From: Paramecium tetraurelia
Taxonomy: Eukaryota
DNA: 64,000 bases
NCBI GenBank assembly: GCA_000165425.1
Contig: CT868585.1
Span: forward strand, 1-64,000
Direction of reading: 5' to 3'
A program made the translations under genes and the position numbers. The notes beneath the pieces are model-generated. The model ran no database searches and was not told where the DNA came from. It saw only the letters and a program-made list of their open reading frames with translations. This document shows positions 26,959 through 39,279 of this stretch, one piece after another. How positions within the stretch are numbered: position 1 is the first letter of the stretch; each line of letters starts with the position of its first letter.

Positions 26959-28134
26959 TCAAAATTATGCTTCCAATAGTTATTAATCTTACAATTCGAT
27001 TACATCATTTAGGTTAAAATAATCAAAAATACTTAAGTCATCTTCTAAATAAGATATTATCCTCTTAATTTCAGGATGCCAGTGACTAAATTATTTAAAC
27101 CAAAAATACTTCTGATAAGATGCTATCTCCACAAGTTGAGCCTCTCCTTATTGGAGGAAGTGTTTTAATTATACATGCTTTTTGAAGATATTGAAAATAA
27201 TTTGAGTAGCTGCCAACTGCAAAGAACAAGACTCTTTAAGACATGCTCTTAGTACTGATTAAATTATTCTAGCCAAGGTTTATAAGGGGACTTTTGTCGA
27301 CTTTGTTGCTACATCTATTAATTTGAATAATTTCGATTTGGAGGAACTTTCCAATGCTCCTTCAGTTTCAATTATCTGTATTAACTATTTAAATATTAAA
27401 TATATTTATACTCTTTCATAAAAATTGTCCAAATTATAATTAAATCTAGTAATTAATATTAATAATGATTATAGAGAATTTATTTTTAATTCTAAACCTC
27501 CATTATCTATGCTATTTTACAGAAAGTCAGCCAAAATTAATGGGTTGTCTACTTTATCAACCAAGTGAGTATTAATTAATTTTGAAAATTATAGTCTTTC
27601 TTAATCATTTGTGATCTTGGATAATTGTTTTTAAATAAAAATTGTGAATTGAGCAGCATCATTTTACTCAATTTATGGGAATTTTTTTATTAATATTATA
27701 AATTTTTCGAAGTCTAGAGGAAGGTATTGCAACACCTAAAAATAATTCGAATTGATGGGGATTTCTATTCCTTTTTCAACTGAAGTTTACACAAGTCTGA
27801 CATAGGGTGGACAGTCTATAGTTTGTTAAATGCTTAATAATAAATCATCATAAAAGGAATGTTAGAACAACAATCTCAAGTAAACACTCCATTTAATATT
27901 CAAAAAATTGTCAACCTAATTACTTTCATTTTATCTGTTGTTGTTTTTTCTCAAGTTCCACTAATTCCATTCAGATCCATATGAAATGGAAAATAACTTT
28001 TTATCTTACAGATATAAAAAAATCCTTCTTAGAGTTTGAACTAACTCTTGTGTCAGGGGCATAGATAATAGTGAATTAAGTTTGTTCAGATTCCCATCCT
28101 CGATAATCTCACTTGCTAATTTAAGGATGACCAT
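26959..28134 (-). CDS. NOC4: Nucleolar complex protein 4 homolog (CBF/Mak21 domain, 40S biogenesis)
   Basis: DNPLILADFLQNSIDNGG..SLQSLLILITRFNYNLDNFYERL, KLFKLIDVATKSTKVP, IIFNIFKKH, HWHPEI match the Noc4 CBF domain; two short introns; TGA 26961-26959. Confidence 0.8.
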
Positions 28135-28155
28135 CAATTAAAATAATTATAATAA

Positions 28156-30060
28156 ATGCAATAATTATTAAAGGAAGGAGGGAACAGAAATCCTAAATAA
28201 AATTAATTTGAATGGAGATCTATCACTCCTGAAAGAGAATTTGGTTAGATGTTGCAGGGCAAACCTCTTATAACTGAACCAAATGAAAATAAATAAACAG
28301 CTAAATCTATGAGTTAGGAAAATAACATGAATAATCAAGATTTCTAATCGAAGCACACAAATTTAAATAAGTTGTTAATACCTGATAGTTAGTAATAGAA
28401 ATTTTAGAGGCCCTTGAATTACATGTAAACATCTTTAAAGAAAATGTCAGAAATTGGATAACAAATCAATTCAATATTACAAAAGTTCAAATAAAATAGG
28501 ATCCATAGACCTTAATCAGATTTAAATATGTTTGATAAGCATTCAATGATGAAAAAAACTAGTTAAAATGACATAAGTCTATCGACTAATTTGAATTTGA
28601 ATCATAGTTATATTGATATTCGAGGCACTGAGACTGAACGATCTTATTTTCAATACAAAAATCACAAGGATAATGGCAAATAATTAAACAAGGATTCAAA
28701 GGACTATCAATTCCTATTCTAGAATAGTAATAATTAGTTTTAAACGAATTCTTTAAAAAAAATTATAGAAAAAAAAATAGCCTAAGCCATGCAAACAAAT
28801 ACTAATAATATGTTATATAATGATTACAAAAAATAAATTAACAAAGAATCAAAGTAGGAAAGATCTTACAACATCTAAAAATACATAACAAATAAATTCT
28901 TAAGGAATTCCTCCTGTCTATAAGCAAATGAAAAAAGTGATAGGAAGAATAAATAAATGTCTAGTTATTTTTCTTAGAATCATTACTCTAAAAGTCAATC
29001 ATCATTCTTAATTGAAAGGGAAAATAGCAAATCAGAGAATACAACTAGTCGGAATAACAGGATTAGAGTGTCTAGTTACATTAAAACTCCTACTAAAAAC
29101 AATAGCGATCTAATCAAACAATTTAGTCCTCGATTTATTTCTTAACAACTATCGTCATATTAAGTTAGCTCTAGCAAGATTAATTCATTGTTGTCATCCA
29201 TGAATAAAGATATAGAAAAGATAAAAACATATAATAATATTTAAAATTTGAATATTTATCATATCTAGGCAATACCACTGTTTTTAAGTAATGATCCAAA
29301 TTAAACTCACGTTATTGTTGGATGTTCTGATTTATCTGTTCGAGCAATTAATTTATACTCAGGTAGAATTTAAGTCTTGGGGAAGCATTAGAGGCCAATC
29401 AAATCTATTACTAAGGTTGTGATTTAACACAATTTTAAGACTTTTTACTCCTGCTCTTTGGATAATTAAGTCATTCAATGGGTTAGTGAATCAATGCATG
29501 GTACCTATAGGTTGAAACATTCTTGGAGAATGGATGAAGTCCCTTTGCAACTCTATCAAACTGAAAAAGGAGTATTATATATTGTAACAGCAAATTATAT
29601 ATTCTATTTTTCATCTGTTACGAAAAAACAAATCAAATATCACGGAGTATTCAATTGTATGATTCAAACATCCAGCAATATTTTTGTGGCTATTGATAAT
29701 TTCATCTACAAATTATAGGCTGACTCTCTGTAATTGGTTTGCACTTCAAAGAAGCCAATTAAAAATATGATATACGAAGAAGGCCTACTTTATGTACTTT
29801 AAAGAGATGGAGCCTTATTAATTTATGAAGAAGCCAAGCATTTAAAGTTTAATTCGGAAATAGACATAGGAGCTATGAATATCTTTACTATGCAAAATGG
29901 TTAAATTATTATCTAAACTAATGACAGCGAATTTATTGTGTATTCTTAACAAATAAGTAAATCATATCAGATAGATGGTAAAATCAAATGTCTGCTAGCA
30001 TTATAATAAATGTTATTAATTGGAAGTAATAAAAAATTGATCGAAACACTAAAATTTTGA
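28156..30060 (+). CDS. Protein with low-complexity N-terminus and C-terminal WD40-like beta-propeller
   Basis: Open frame from ATG 28156; THVIVGCSDLSVRAINL..LGKHQRPIKSI..FYSCSLDNQVIQW; TGA 30058-30060. Confidence 0.7.
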
Positions 30061-30339
30061 ATATTATATTATGTTTACTTTATAGTGAAATAGTCATGAA
30101 AAAATATTAGACGTAAACATCCCAAAAGTCTATAAAGCAAAATTAAAATAGAAACTGCATATCTTCGTAAAAAAAAAGAGAACATAATTTAAGCTAGTGC
30201 ATCTATATATTCTTTCCTTTTATTCATTTTAAAATCTCTCAATTTTTATTAATGATTATTTTTGTCATCTTATTCAATTAATTGTCAATGTTAGTATTGA
30301 TACGCCAAATATAAAATGACAAACCTTGATAAAGGCTCT

Positions 30340-30853
30340 CAAACTAATCTTATATAGTAATTAAATTAATCATTTTTAATCGAACTAACTTGATGGCCTG
30401 TGTGTTTAATCATGAATATCAAAGCATCCTCTTCATATAAAATGTATTCTGTTAAATTCTTGAAAATGCTATTTACCCATAAGATTTAATCCTAACACCC
30501 TTTTGAGTATTGTATATTTAATATAACTACTTAATAAAATTTTTATCAAAATATCTATCTAAAATTAAACAATTTCTTGACTTTTAGCAATGCTTTCTAT
30601 GTTCATTTTGATATTGACATCTTTCTTTTACTTCATCTGAATATTTCTTATATTCCCAGAAAATTTAGATACTGCTTATAAATATCTCAAAGTAGAATTC
30701 TTAAATTTATTTTTATATCTTGGAATCATCAAATTTGAATCTTTAGCCCTATTCTTTAATGTTGGTATATATATCCATAGGGCATTATTGAATTTTCTAT
30801 TTTATTTCAATCAAAGATCTCAATATATTTACTCTTTAAGATAATTCATCCAT
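30340..30853 (-). CDS. Hypothetical protein (3' end uncertain)
   Basis: Open frame from ATG 30853 (MDELSQRVNILRSLIEIK...); needs an intron near 30450-30477 to continue. Confidence 0.35.
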
Positions 30854-30915
30854 TATCTAAAAAAACTAAGATAATATTCTAAATATTTATAAATAATATT
30901 TAAATAAATTAATAT

Positions 30916-31692
30916 TCATTCTAAAATTTAAGCAATTATCAATGGGCACAATCTGAAACAGCTATCCAAATCGATTTTATTATTTTTTGAAAAATATCTG
31001 GTCCATTAATAATTGCAAAAAAATTCATTTGCAAAGCTTCTAATTTGTGAGCACATTTTAATAGAATTAGAAAGTCGAATTTTTCCAAGACGATTTTTAG
31101 GGGTATTCAAAAAGTTCTCAGCCTCTTTAGTAAATTTAATATCTTCTGGTAAAACCTTCATAAACCATATCAACCCTCCATGGAAAGCTTTGTATATATT
31201 ATGGGTTGCTCCAGGAAAGTATTTCACCTCTTCTTTGATTCGTGTACTTCTATGTTTATCTATTTTTTATAACGAATTTGAGTCTATAACTTTAGAATTT
31301 TACTACTTATTATTGTAAAATACTTAAGACTGGTCTACATAACCTTCTATCAACATCTCCAAATTCGGTTCAATCTAAGGCGAAGAACCCATATTAAATC
31401 GTTAAAGGATCACTTCTTTGTCACTCTAACTTCCAGTTTCAAAATTATCTGACGAATTGCTATTTTTACCCCATGCTTCACAGCTATTCTATTATTTGTA
31501 TAGACATGTGGTTTTTGTCAAAATAATTTTAGTAGGTCCTAATTATTTAACTTAAACAAGAATAGAAGGATAATTATTAGGTACTTGAGGATCTTCATTA
31601 TTTTCTACTTATTCTTCTTTTGACGAGTCTTCAATTTACTAATTATCTGGGAAATGGTCTTAAGACCTAGGCATTAGCACTTAGTATGACAT
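30916..31692 (-). CDS. Hypothetical protein (258 aa)
   Basis: Uninterrupted 777-nt frame that includes track ORF 31006-31227. Confidence 0.7.
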
Positions 31693-31947
31693 GTAAATAG
31701 ATAATTTAAATAACGAAAAAAAGCAAATATTGTCTTGGTTTAATATGAAAAAAAAGGGTAAGGAAAATAATATATATTGATAAATTCTGATAAAGTAATA
31801 GAATAATTTTATAATGTATTATTAGACCAACTTTTGATCAATACTTATTATTTTTCTTTCAATTAGTTGATGATGTTCTTTGATGAGAGAGAATTAAAGG
31901 ATAATCAAATATTTTATATAGATATTGAAGGGAAGAAAAATTTATAC

Positions 31948-33870
31948 TCAATATTGTTTTATTACAGATTTAAATTTCTATTGTATTGTCGAAAGTTTTT
32001 TCTCATCTCTTTATTTCTAGACAAACAGATTACCAGGGCTTTTAGTTGTTATTTAATCAAAATTAAATGAGGAATTATTCTTTTTCTTCTTAAATAACTA
32101 TTATTATGTTACATTAGGGATTTGAATAGGTTATCCACCATTTGAATTTTAAGTAGAACTTGTCTAATTGATGTTATTAGTAATCATTAATTAAATATTT
32201 AATTGTTTCTTTTTAATCTGATTTTCCGATCTATTCAACTTACCATTTTGATTTGCTGAATTTTTCCCAGAACCCAATTCAACAGTTTTATTATTGTATT
32301 TTTAATACTACTTTTTGATTTGGATAGATTTAAAGGGATATTACTATTGCAAATAGACTTCTGCTAATTAGTGATTGACCCATTTAGGAGAATTAGGTTT
32401 ATATTTGTTTGTGGTTGAGACAGACCTTAATTTCCGCTTATGAGTCCTACTTTAAACTTCCAAGATCTAGTGCTCTGGCTCTATGTTAAAATTGGCTTGC
32501 TTAGTGTTTGAGAATTGCTACTCTTTCATCGATCTAGTTCTACTCTTCATTCCAATAAATTTGGCTTTGAAATTAGTTATATATTAATACATTTTCTGAT
32601 GATTGGAATAACAAAACCACACTTTTATGATTCAATAACTGGTTTGAGAAGAACAATCTCAAAATGTCCTTAATCCATCTTAATCTTTGCATCTTCATCT
32701 ATTGCCTAGTGCTTCATGCAAATACATACTTATTTAGAAATGTCATAAAATCTATTATGGACATTTAACAATTAGGTTATTAATGGTAGATCTTTTGGTA
32801 AATACAAGTATGCTATCTCTAAGGCTCTTGATAAGTAATTCTCTGCTTCACTAAAACAACAAGATTCAACTTTCTAGGTAAATTTAGACTCCGTTGAGGT
32901 GCAATACAAGGAAATCACAAACAAACAAATCAGATGCAAATATTGTTAATTTGTAGGGAAGTTCATCACATGGTTGAAATTGCTTAAATTTACTGGATTC
33001 ATTTGGATGAATTATAAGATGTTGGCTCTTTGAATGTACTCTTATGGACATCCAGAATACACTTAATCATAACTCTTTAATACTAATCATTGTACTTCTT
33101 AAGCAGCTTAGGTTTGAACTTGATAACTCTAAACTATTGTTTGATGTTTCGGTTTCAGAATTGGAATGCTCTTCCTAAGTATATCCTCAATGACTGATTA
33201 ATGTATTTAGCTCTGCAAGTACTTTTGGAGATCTATCAATATCTTGGAAGATTTTCTTATGGCCATTTTAGCAAAGGCCAAAGCTTCGGAATGCTGACCA
33301 CTCTCTGAAAGGATGATGCAGCATTACAAATAACAATGCAGCCGTATTATCGATAGGAGATACCCTTCCTAATCTGTTCTGGGAGTTTTCTTTAAAGCCA
33401 AAATGGCATCTTCAAAACAAGTAAATGCTTGTTCTAACCAGCCAATTGCATAATAGACAACTCCCAAATCTATCCTTATCATCAGGAAATAATGAATTAA
33501 GGGATTAGAATACGAAATGGCAGTTAGTATTTATTCTGCTTATTTCAAGTGATATACACATTGGGAATATTAGTTAGCTTCAAAGTCTTAGATGCCTAAT
33601 TGAATAAAGTCAATTAACTATTATTCTGCTTAATCTTCATTAATTTTAAGGGCTTTATTGTTTCGCTTATGATTCGCCACTATCATATTGTATATTATGT
33701 TTACATCCTTAACCATCATCATTATTATTATGTATTATCTCCACAGGCTGAACTTGGTCTAAAATTTACTGGAGAATATTGACATCAGTTGACGGAGGAA
33801 TAGGGTTTTATTTTTTTTAAACATTTGAGACTAGATTATTTAACAACTTTGGAGATTTTAGTTCTTGCAT
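31948..33870 (-). CDS. TPR-like helical protein with low-complexity C-terminus
   Basis: After a 25-nt intron: YSQCVYHLKQAEQI..DLGVVYYAIGWLEQAFTCFEDAI..SESGQHSEALAFAKMAI; TGA 31950-31948. Confidence 0.7.
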
Positions 33871-34404
33871 ATTTATTATAATAATATATTAATTAATAAG
33901 TATTGTAAACATCATAGTAAATACTCAAGATACCTTAACATATAATGATCATAAATACCTTATCTCTAGATATTAAACAATAATCTAAATGTTTGTTTGG
34001 GTAAGACATATTTTGATATATTTATTTTTTGGATATTATTATTTTGGAAAAAAGATAAAATAAAAATAACCAATTCTACCACAATAATGTTATTTTAGTT
34101 TGGATATGAGAGTAAGTTAATGATTCAAGATTGAAAATTAAATTCTTTGAAGTAAAGGTAGAGATGTCGATTTGGAAAGGCAGATTATTAAGTAAGAATT
34201 GTTTAAAAACTAAAAAGAGTTGATGTCTAATCTAATGAATAATAGTAGAAATGCGATTTATTATTAAGAATATTAAATTTAGTAAATTCTTAGTTACCTT
34301 CTTTTAGTTATTTTTATATACTTTATATCAGTTTTTTTAACAAAGTATCGTTCCTTGAAGTAATAAAAAATTAACTATAAACAATTATATATTCGTTTTA
34401 TTTA

Positions 34405-34847
34405 ATGAATTAACAGCAAGAAGAAGTAGAAATTTTTGATCTCCCAAATTCCAATAGAAATTCTGAAGAAATAAGTAAGTCCCTGTTTTCCACTGTTTTT
34501 GCCATCATTTACAATTCCAGTTGGGGGCTGCTATTTCTCATTTTCAGACATTATAGTAATTAGTTTTTGGTTTTAATCAAGAGATGATTCCGAATGTTAG
34601 CTGATTGATTCATGGACGCTTTACACAGAGATTGTATTATTTACTATAGCTGGATATAAATTGTAAGTTCTTAAACGATGTTAGATTTATCGAATTACCG
34701 ATTTAATATAAGAGTAATGAATAATGGAAAAGTTAATTGTTTGATGTGGTAGATTACATAGAATTGTTTTTTAACGTAGTTATTCTAATCGGATTGACTG
34801 TAACGATTTTTATTACTACTAAATTAGTATGCATATCTCTAGAATGA
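34405..34847 (+). CDS. Small hypothetical membrane protein
   Basis: ATG 34405; hydrophobic stretches (LFSTVFAIIYNSSWGLLFLIF; LFFNVVILIGLTVTIFIT); needs short introns. Confidence 0.4.
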
Positions 34848-35144
34848 AGAATGTTATCACCTTTAAAGATTTGTTTTAGGATATTTGATAGTGACATACT
34901 TAATATTAATGATATGGTTGATATCCTTCATATTTATTATTTGCAGTAGAGAACAATTTACCCAAAACTAATGATAAAATTAAATAAATTTTATTCGTAT
35001 TTAATATTCATGCTTTAAGAAAAGTATTACATTTTCTAAACAAATTAATACGAATTTATTCTTATCTACATTTGACAGACTCCATTTTCTATTGCATTAA
35101 AGTCTTTATAAATATTATTTATAAATACCTTATTGAATAATAAA

Positions 35145-36296
35145 ATGAAAACAGGGACTCAGAATACTGTGATCGATAATATTGTCATGGAGGATATTGA
35201 ATAAATGCTAAAAACAAGTTTATTTGATTAGAAGACTCAAAATCAATTGGTTTCTGCTTTTGACACAGTCTATGGCCTGTGGGAAAAGAATAAGAAATTA
35301 TAGCTTAAGTTTTTCGAGAGAGAAATAGATAAAAATTTGAAGAACATATAAAGTCAACTATAGGAGTTATAACAAAATAAGAGTTCAGGTCTGTTTTCTT
35401 ATTTTTAGTATGATAAAGATACGTAAGACCTTTAATCTTCTATTAAAATTCAATTATTGGAGTTATAGAAATAAGTCTAGTCAATTTATAATTCGGTTGA
35501 TTGTGAAGTGGGTATCTTAAATTTAGGGGTGATTGAATTAAATTATATCGGAGCAAAACTCCAATTTTTATTAAACCATCCAAAATATCAACCTATTGGA
35601 TTTATAATAGAATTTCAAATTTTTGAATCAGATTAACCAAATGAATATTAGATGATCATTTCGCGCAAATACCTAATTTAGAAATTTCAATAATAATATG
35701 GAAAATAAGATACACACGTTCATAAACTCAATAACCAAAACGATAAAGCATTTATGATTTTGACATATAATATTGTTGAAAAATAATTGGCTTTATTAAC
35801 AGAACATGACCCATATATTATTATATCAAGTGCGAATCAATCCAGAATTTATTTAGACAAGGGGATGTTGTTGATATTCGACAATTTTTACGAATTAAAA
35901 GTAACTCAAACCAACACTAAAAACATTAATTAGGAGCAATTATCTAGTTCTAATGACACTTTGTAGGATAAATTTGAAGAAACAATTAAAATAGATGGAT
36001 ATGGATATATATAATTTGAGATTACTAATTTAAGAACAAGGAAGATTGAATTTTATCTTAAGAATTCAAATTTAGACCTAAGCAATCACATATCTGGCTT
36101 ATAAGCTATTCTTTATCATGACTGCAATGGGTTTTATATGATTCCTAAACAGAATGCTGCCCATTACAAATTAATTTACGATAACAAATTAATAACCAAG
36201 GATTCTCTAGTAAATGTTGGAATATAGCTATAAAATAAATTTTGGATAGAAGTAGAACTAGATAAAGCGAAAATTGATTGCTTTGTGCTTGACTGA
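35145..36296 (+). CDS. Hypothetical protein (~383 aa), N-terminal coiled coil
   Basis: ATG 35145 to in-frame TGA 36294-36296 (1152 nt). Confidence 0.65.
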
Positions 36297-36664
36297 TTAT
36301 TAAATTTTAAACATTATCTAAATCACTTTTGCCTAATTTTATGACTAATTTATATTTTACAACATTCTGATTTCTTTAATGAAAGCAGAACCTAACTATT
36401 TAACATCAAGATTAAGTTTCTATAATGAAAGCATTAAAATATTACTAACAATTAATTTACAGTATAAAAATGGCATTTTAAAATGATCATTACCAAATAG
36501 AATGGTAGCATTCATAATATTAAATTTAGTTTTATTCACAAAAGTCAGCTTTTAAAAAGTATATTGGATATCTTCTTAAAAAGAATATAGGTTGCAAAGA
36601 TACAATACAATAACAAATTAAAATATCAAATGATTGATTTTATTTAAAAAAACAAAATTTATGT

Positions 36665-38472
36665 TCAAAAGACTTAGCAACAGCTTTCTCTTTTCTTTGG
36701 CCTATCTTATAATTATTCAGTGTTTGTAGTTTAATTAGTTGTAGTTGAATAATACTAGGATTCTTATGTATGAAATTTAACTTAAGAAGTTCTTCCACTT
36801 ACGAATTATGATAATTCTCTTGGTGTTTCATTAATAGATTTCAATGCAGATATTAATTAAGCTTCATTTAAGTCGTGTTCTCCATTTTCATCAAGTTCAG
36901 CTTCCGAGCCATCAAGAGAACATGGTAAAGATGATCTTAAATTGCCTCCTGATTGTCTTTAAACTATGCGTTTAGAATTGGGACTTGAATTTTGTTTAGG
37001 GTTTGAATTTTAAGAATCAAGATACTATTAAAATCTATAACTAAATTATTCTTTAATATCTGATTTGCTGCTTGATGGTTAGAGAGATCTTCTTTTTGAT
37101 TTTCTATAATCTCCTTTTAATTCATCTAAATTCATATTTTAATCTAATTAGAGTTAAAAATTTTATTCTTTAAAAATCTATTTATCATACTTGATTCCCT
37201 AATAATATATAAGATGAAATACATTTGTTGTAAGAATCTTTTCCATCATTTATAATTCTTATTTAAGCATCGTCATTTACTTTTCTATCTATTCATAACT
37301 AAGTTTTATGTTGATTTTGACTTTATTGAGAATCAATTTGGCTCTTTGAGCAAACTTCAAGGTTTAAATGGTTTTTTCTTCATGCTCTAATGCTGCACTT
37401 ACAGCACAAATGAAAGAAGTATTAGAATTACCGCCTAAGCATTCTTTAAGAAGCAAAGTCAGCTTTGAATCCCTATATGGAACATGTTTAATGGTTTTTC
37501 TGCTTGATAATGCCATTATGCAATGTCCCAAACAATGCAATGATTAATTTATCTTTTTAGTTTCTTCTAGCAATTAACCTTTGGCAACAGTTTTGGCAAG
37601 TCTTTCACTTCCAGCTAAATCAATAAATTGAATTTTAGATGTTCTCTATGATTTGTCTTTCCATTCAACGAGCAATCTTATTAAAATAAATGGATTACTC
37701 AAGTGTGAAAATAACATGAGATCTGCTGGATCTGGAATTCAATTGAGTTGCTCCAATAGCTCTATTATAACTACCGAAGGCAATTAATTCCATAAGATCA
37801 TTGACAGATTCAACTTGAACTTCCCTCACTCCCACCAACTTGGGACCATCAGCTATAGTGCTAATCTAAGAAATTTAAGGTGAAATACTTTGAGATCTAG
37901 TTTTTGATTGTTAGTTTTATATTGTTAGTTTAAGAGATCGAAAATTTACTCGTTATATATTTCAACGTAGGTGGCTTTGAGAGTCACCTGTTACTATGAT
38001 TCCTATTGTTTTATTTATTGATATCCCTTTATTATTAATAGATTTTTACATCGACTATTTGATGTATTGATCTTGGGAGTATGCCAGAACTATGATCTAT
38101 AGTAAACTTATTATTGAGAATCTGCTCTATTGTACTTTCTGGGCCTAAGATTGTATATGTTTTGCCTGACGAAGTTGCCCCATAAGCAAAGACTGCACTA
38201 TTGTACCCTTAGAGACTAGGTATTTAATTATGGAAAGATACAAAAAACTGATCTTAGGCAACATAATAGATTAGAATATTTCCTCTTGCAATGTAGCAGG
38301 AGGCATAATAACATCAAATTCAAAGATCTCATCTTGTTTTGTATTTTTATATGTAATTGCTTCTTCTTCAATAATCCAATTAGGAGACTTGAGATTAAGG
38401 AAAATTTACAGACTCTTCTTCGAAAGCTAAAATGGACTTAAATCGAATGACAACTTTTATTTGATTGTCCAT
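36665..38472 (-). CDS. Kinesin motor protein with C-terminal CaaX box
   Basis: IKVVIRF, VFAYGATSSGKTYTILG (P-loop), SSRSHVIFT, FIDLAGSER, INQSLHCLG, HVPYRDSKLTLLLKECLGGNS; ends KKRESCCQVF then TGA 36667-36665. Confidence 0.93.
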
Positions 38473-39279
38473 TTATAAATCTATAATAATTATAATAATA
38501 TCAGTTGATAAGTAATTAAGAATTAGTTCTTACAAGACTCTGTGGTCTCCCATCGGCTTTAAAGCAATTTTTATTGCGAGAATTATTATTTTTATTTCTT
38601 AAAATTAACTAGATTCTAGGAATTTGTTAGAGAGATTATGCAAGAAATCTTTTTCTATCACAAATTTAGTTTGCATACCCAATCTTACTAATTTGAAATA
38701 GTTTTTATAGATCAAATTATTGAAAGATCATACATGTTTGGGTGGAAGGCAATAAGATTGAGCCTAACTTTATAGTATTAATTAATGCTTTCCTGAATAA
38801 ATTGATTTCTATCTACGATACCTTTGATCATTTATTACTATTTCCCTTTAAGCATTCTAAATTTAAGGAATTATTATTATAATAGGATGTGGACGTTTTA
38901 AGGAAACAAGATCACTATAATATCTGTGTTTCTATTTTAGATTTAAGTTTTCAAAATGTAGTATCCTGCTTGTTTCTTAATTTCCTTTAGATAAATTTAA
39001 ACAATTTACATAATATTTAAATCCATAGAGTACGCCTAGTAATTCAATTGTTTTAAAATTATTAAGTATAGTTTGTCAATCAAATTAGGGATAAACTTCT
39101 CGTGATTTTGTCCTTACTTTTCCTTTGAGTGATTTGTATTTTATAATTGTTAAATTTAGCTGTAAATAAAGAGTTATTGAACCAATGGCTCAAGGTTATG
39201 TCAGTCAAAACTATCTTGTTAAGTGTTGCAATTGGAATTGGCATTCCAATCGAATAAAGTATTGTAATAAATTAAATTA

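Noticed and set aside
33625..33710. Apparent in-frame TGA (selenocysteine/readthrough) early in the TPR-like gene
   Set aside because: Explained by a 25-nt GTA..TAG intron that shifts the frame; similar apparent stops in the CDPK and Skp1-like genes also resolve with tiny introns.
38500..39245. Possible hypothetical gene between the kinesin and the Erv46-like gene
   Set aside because: Long TGA-poor frames on both strands, but I could not build a consistent start/intron/stop model.
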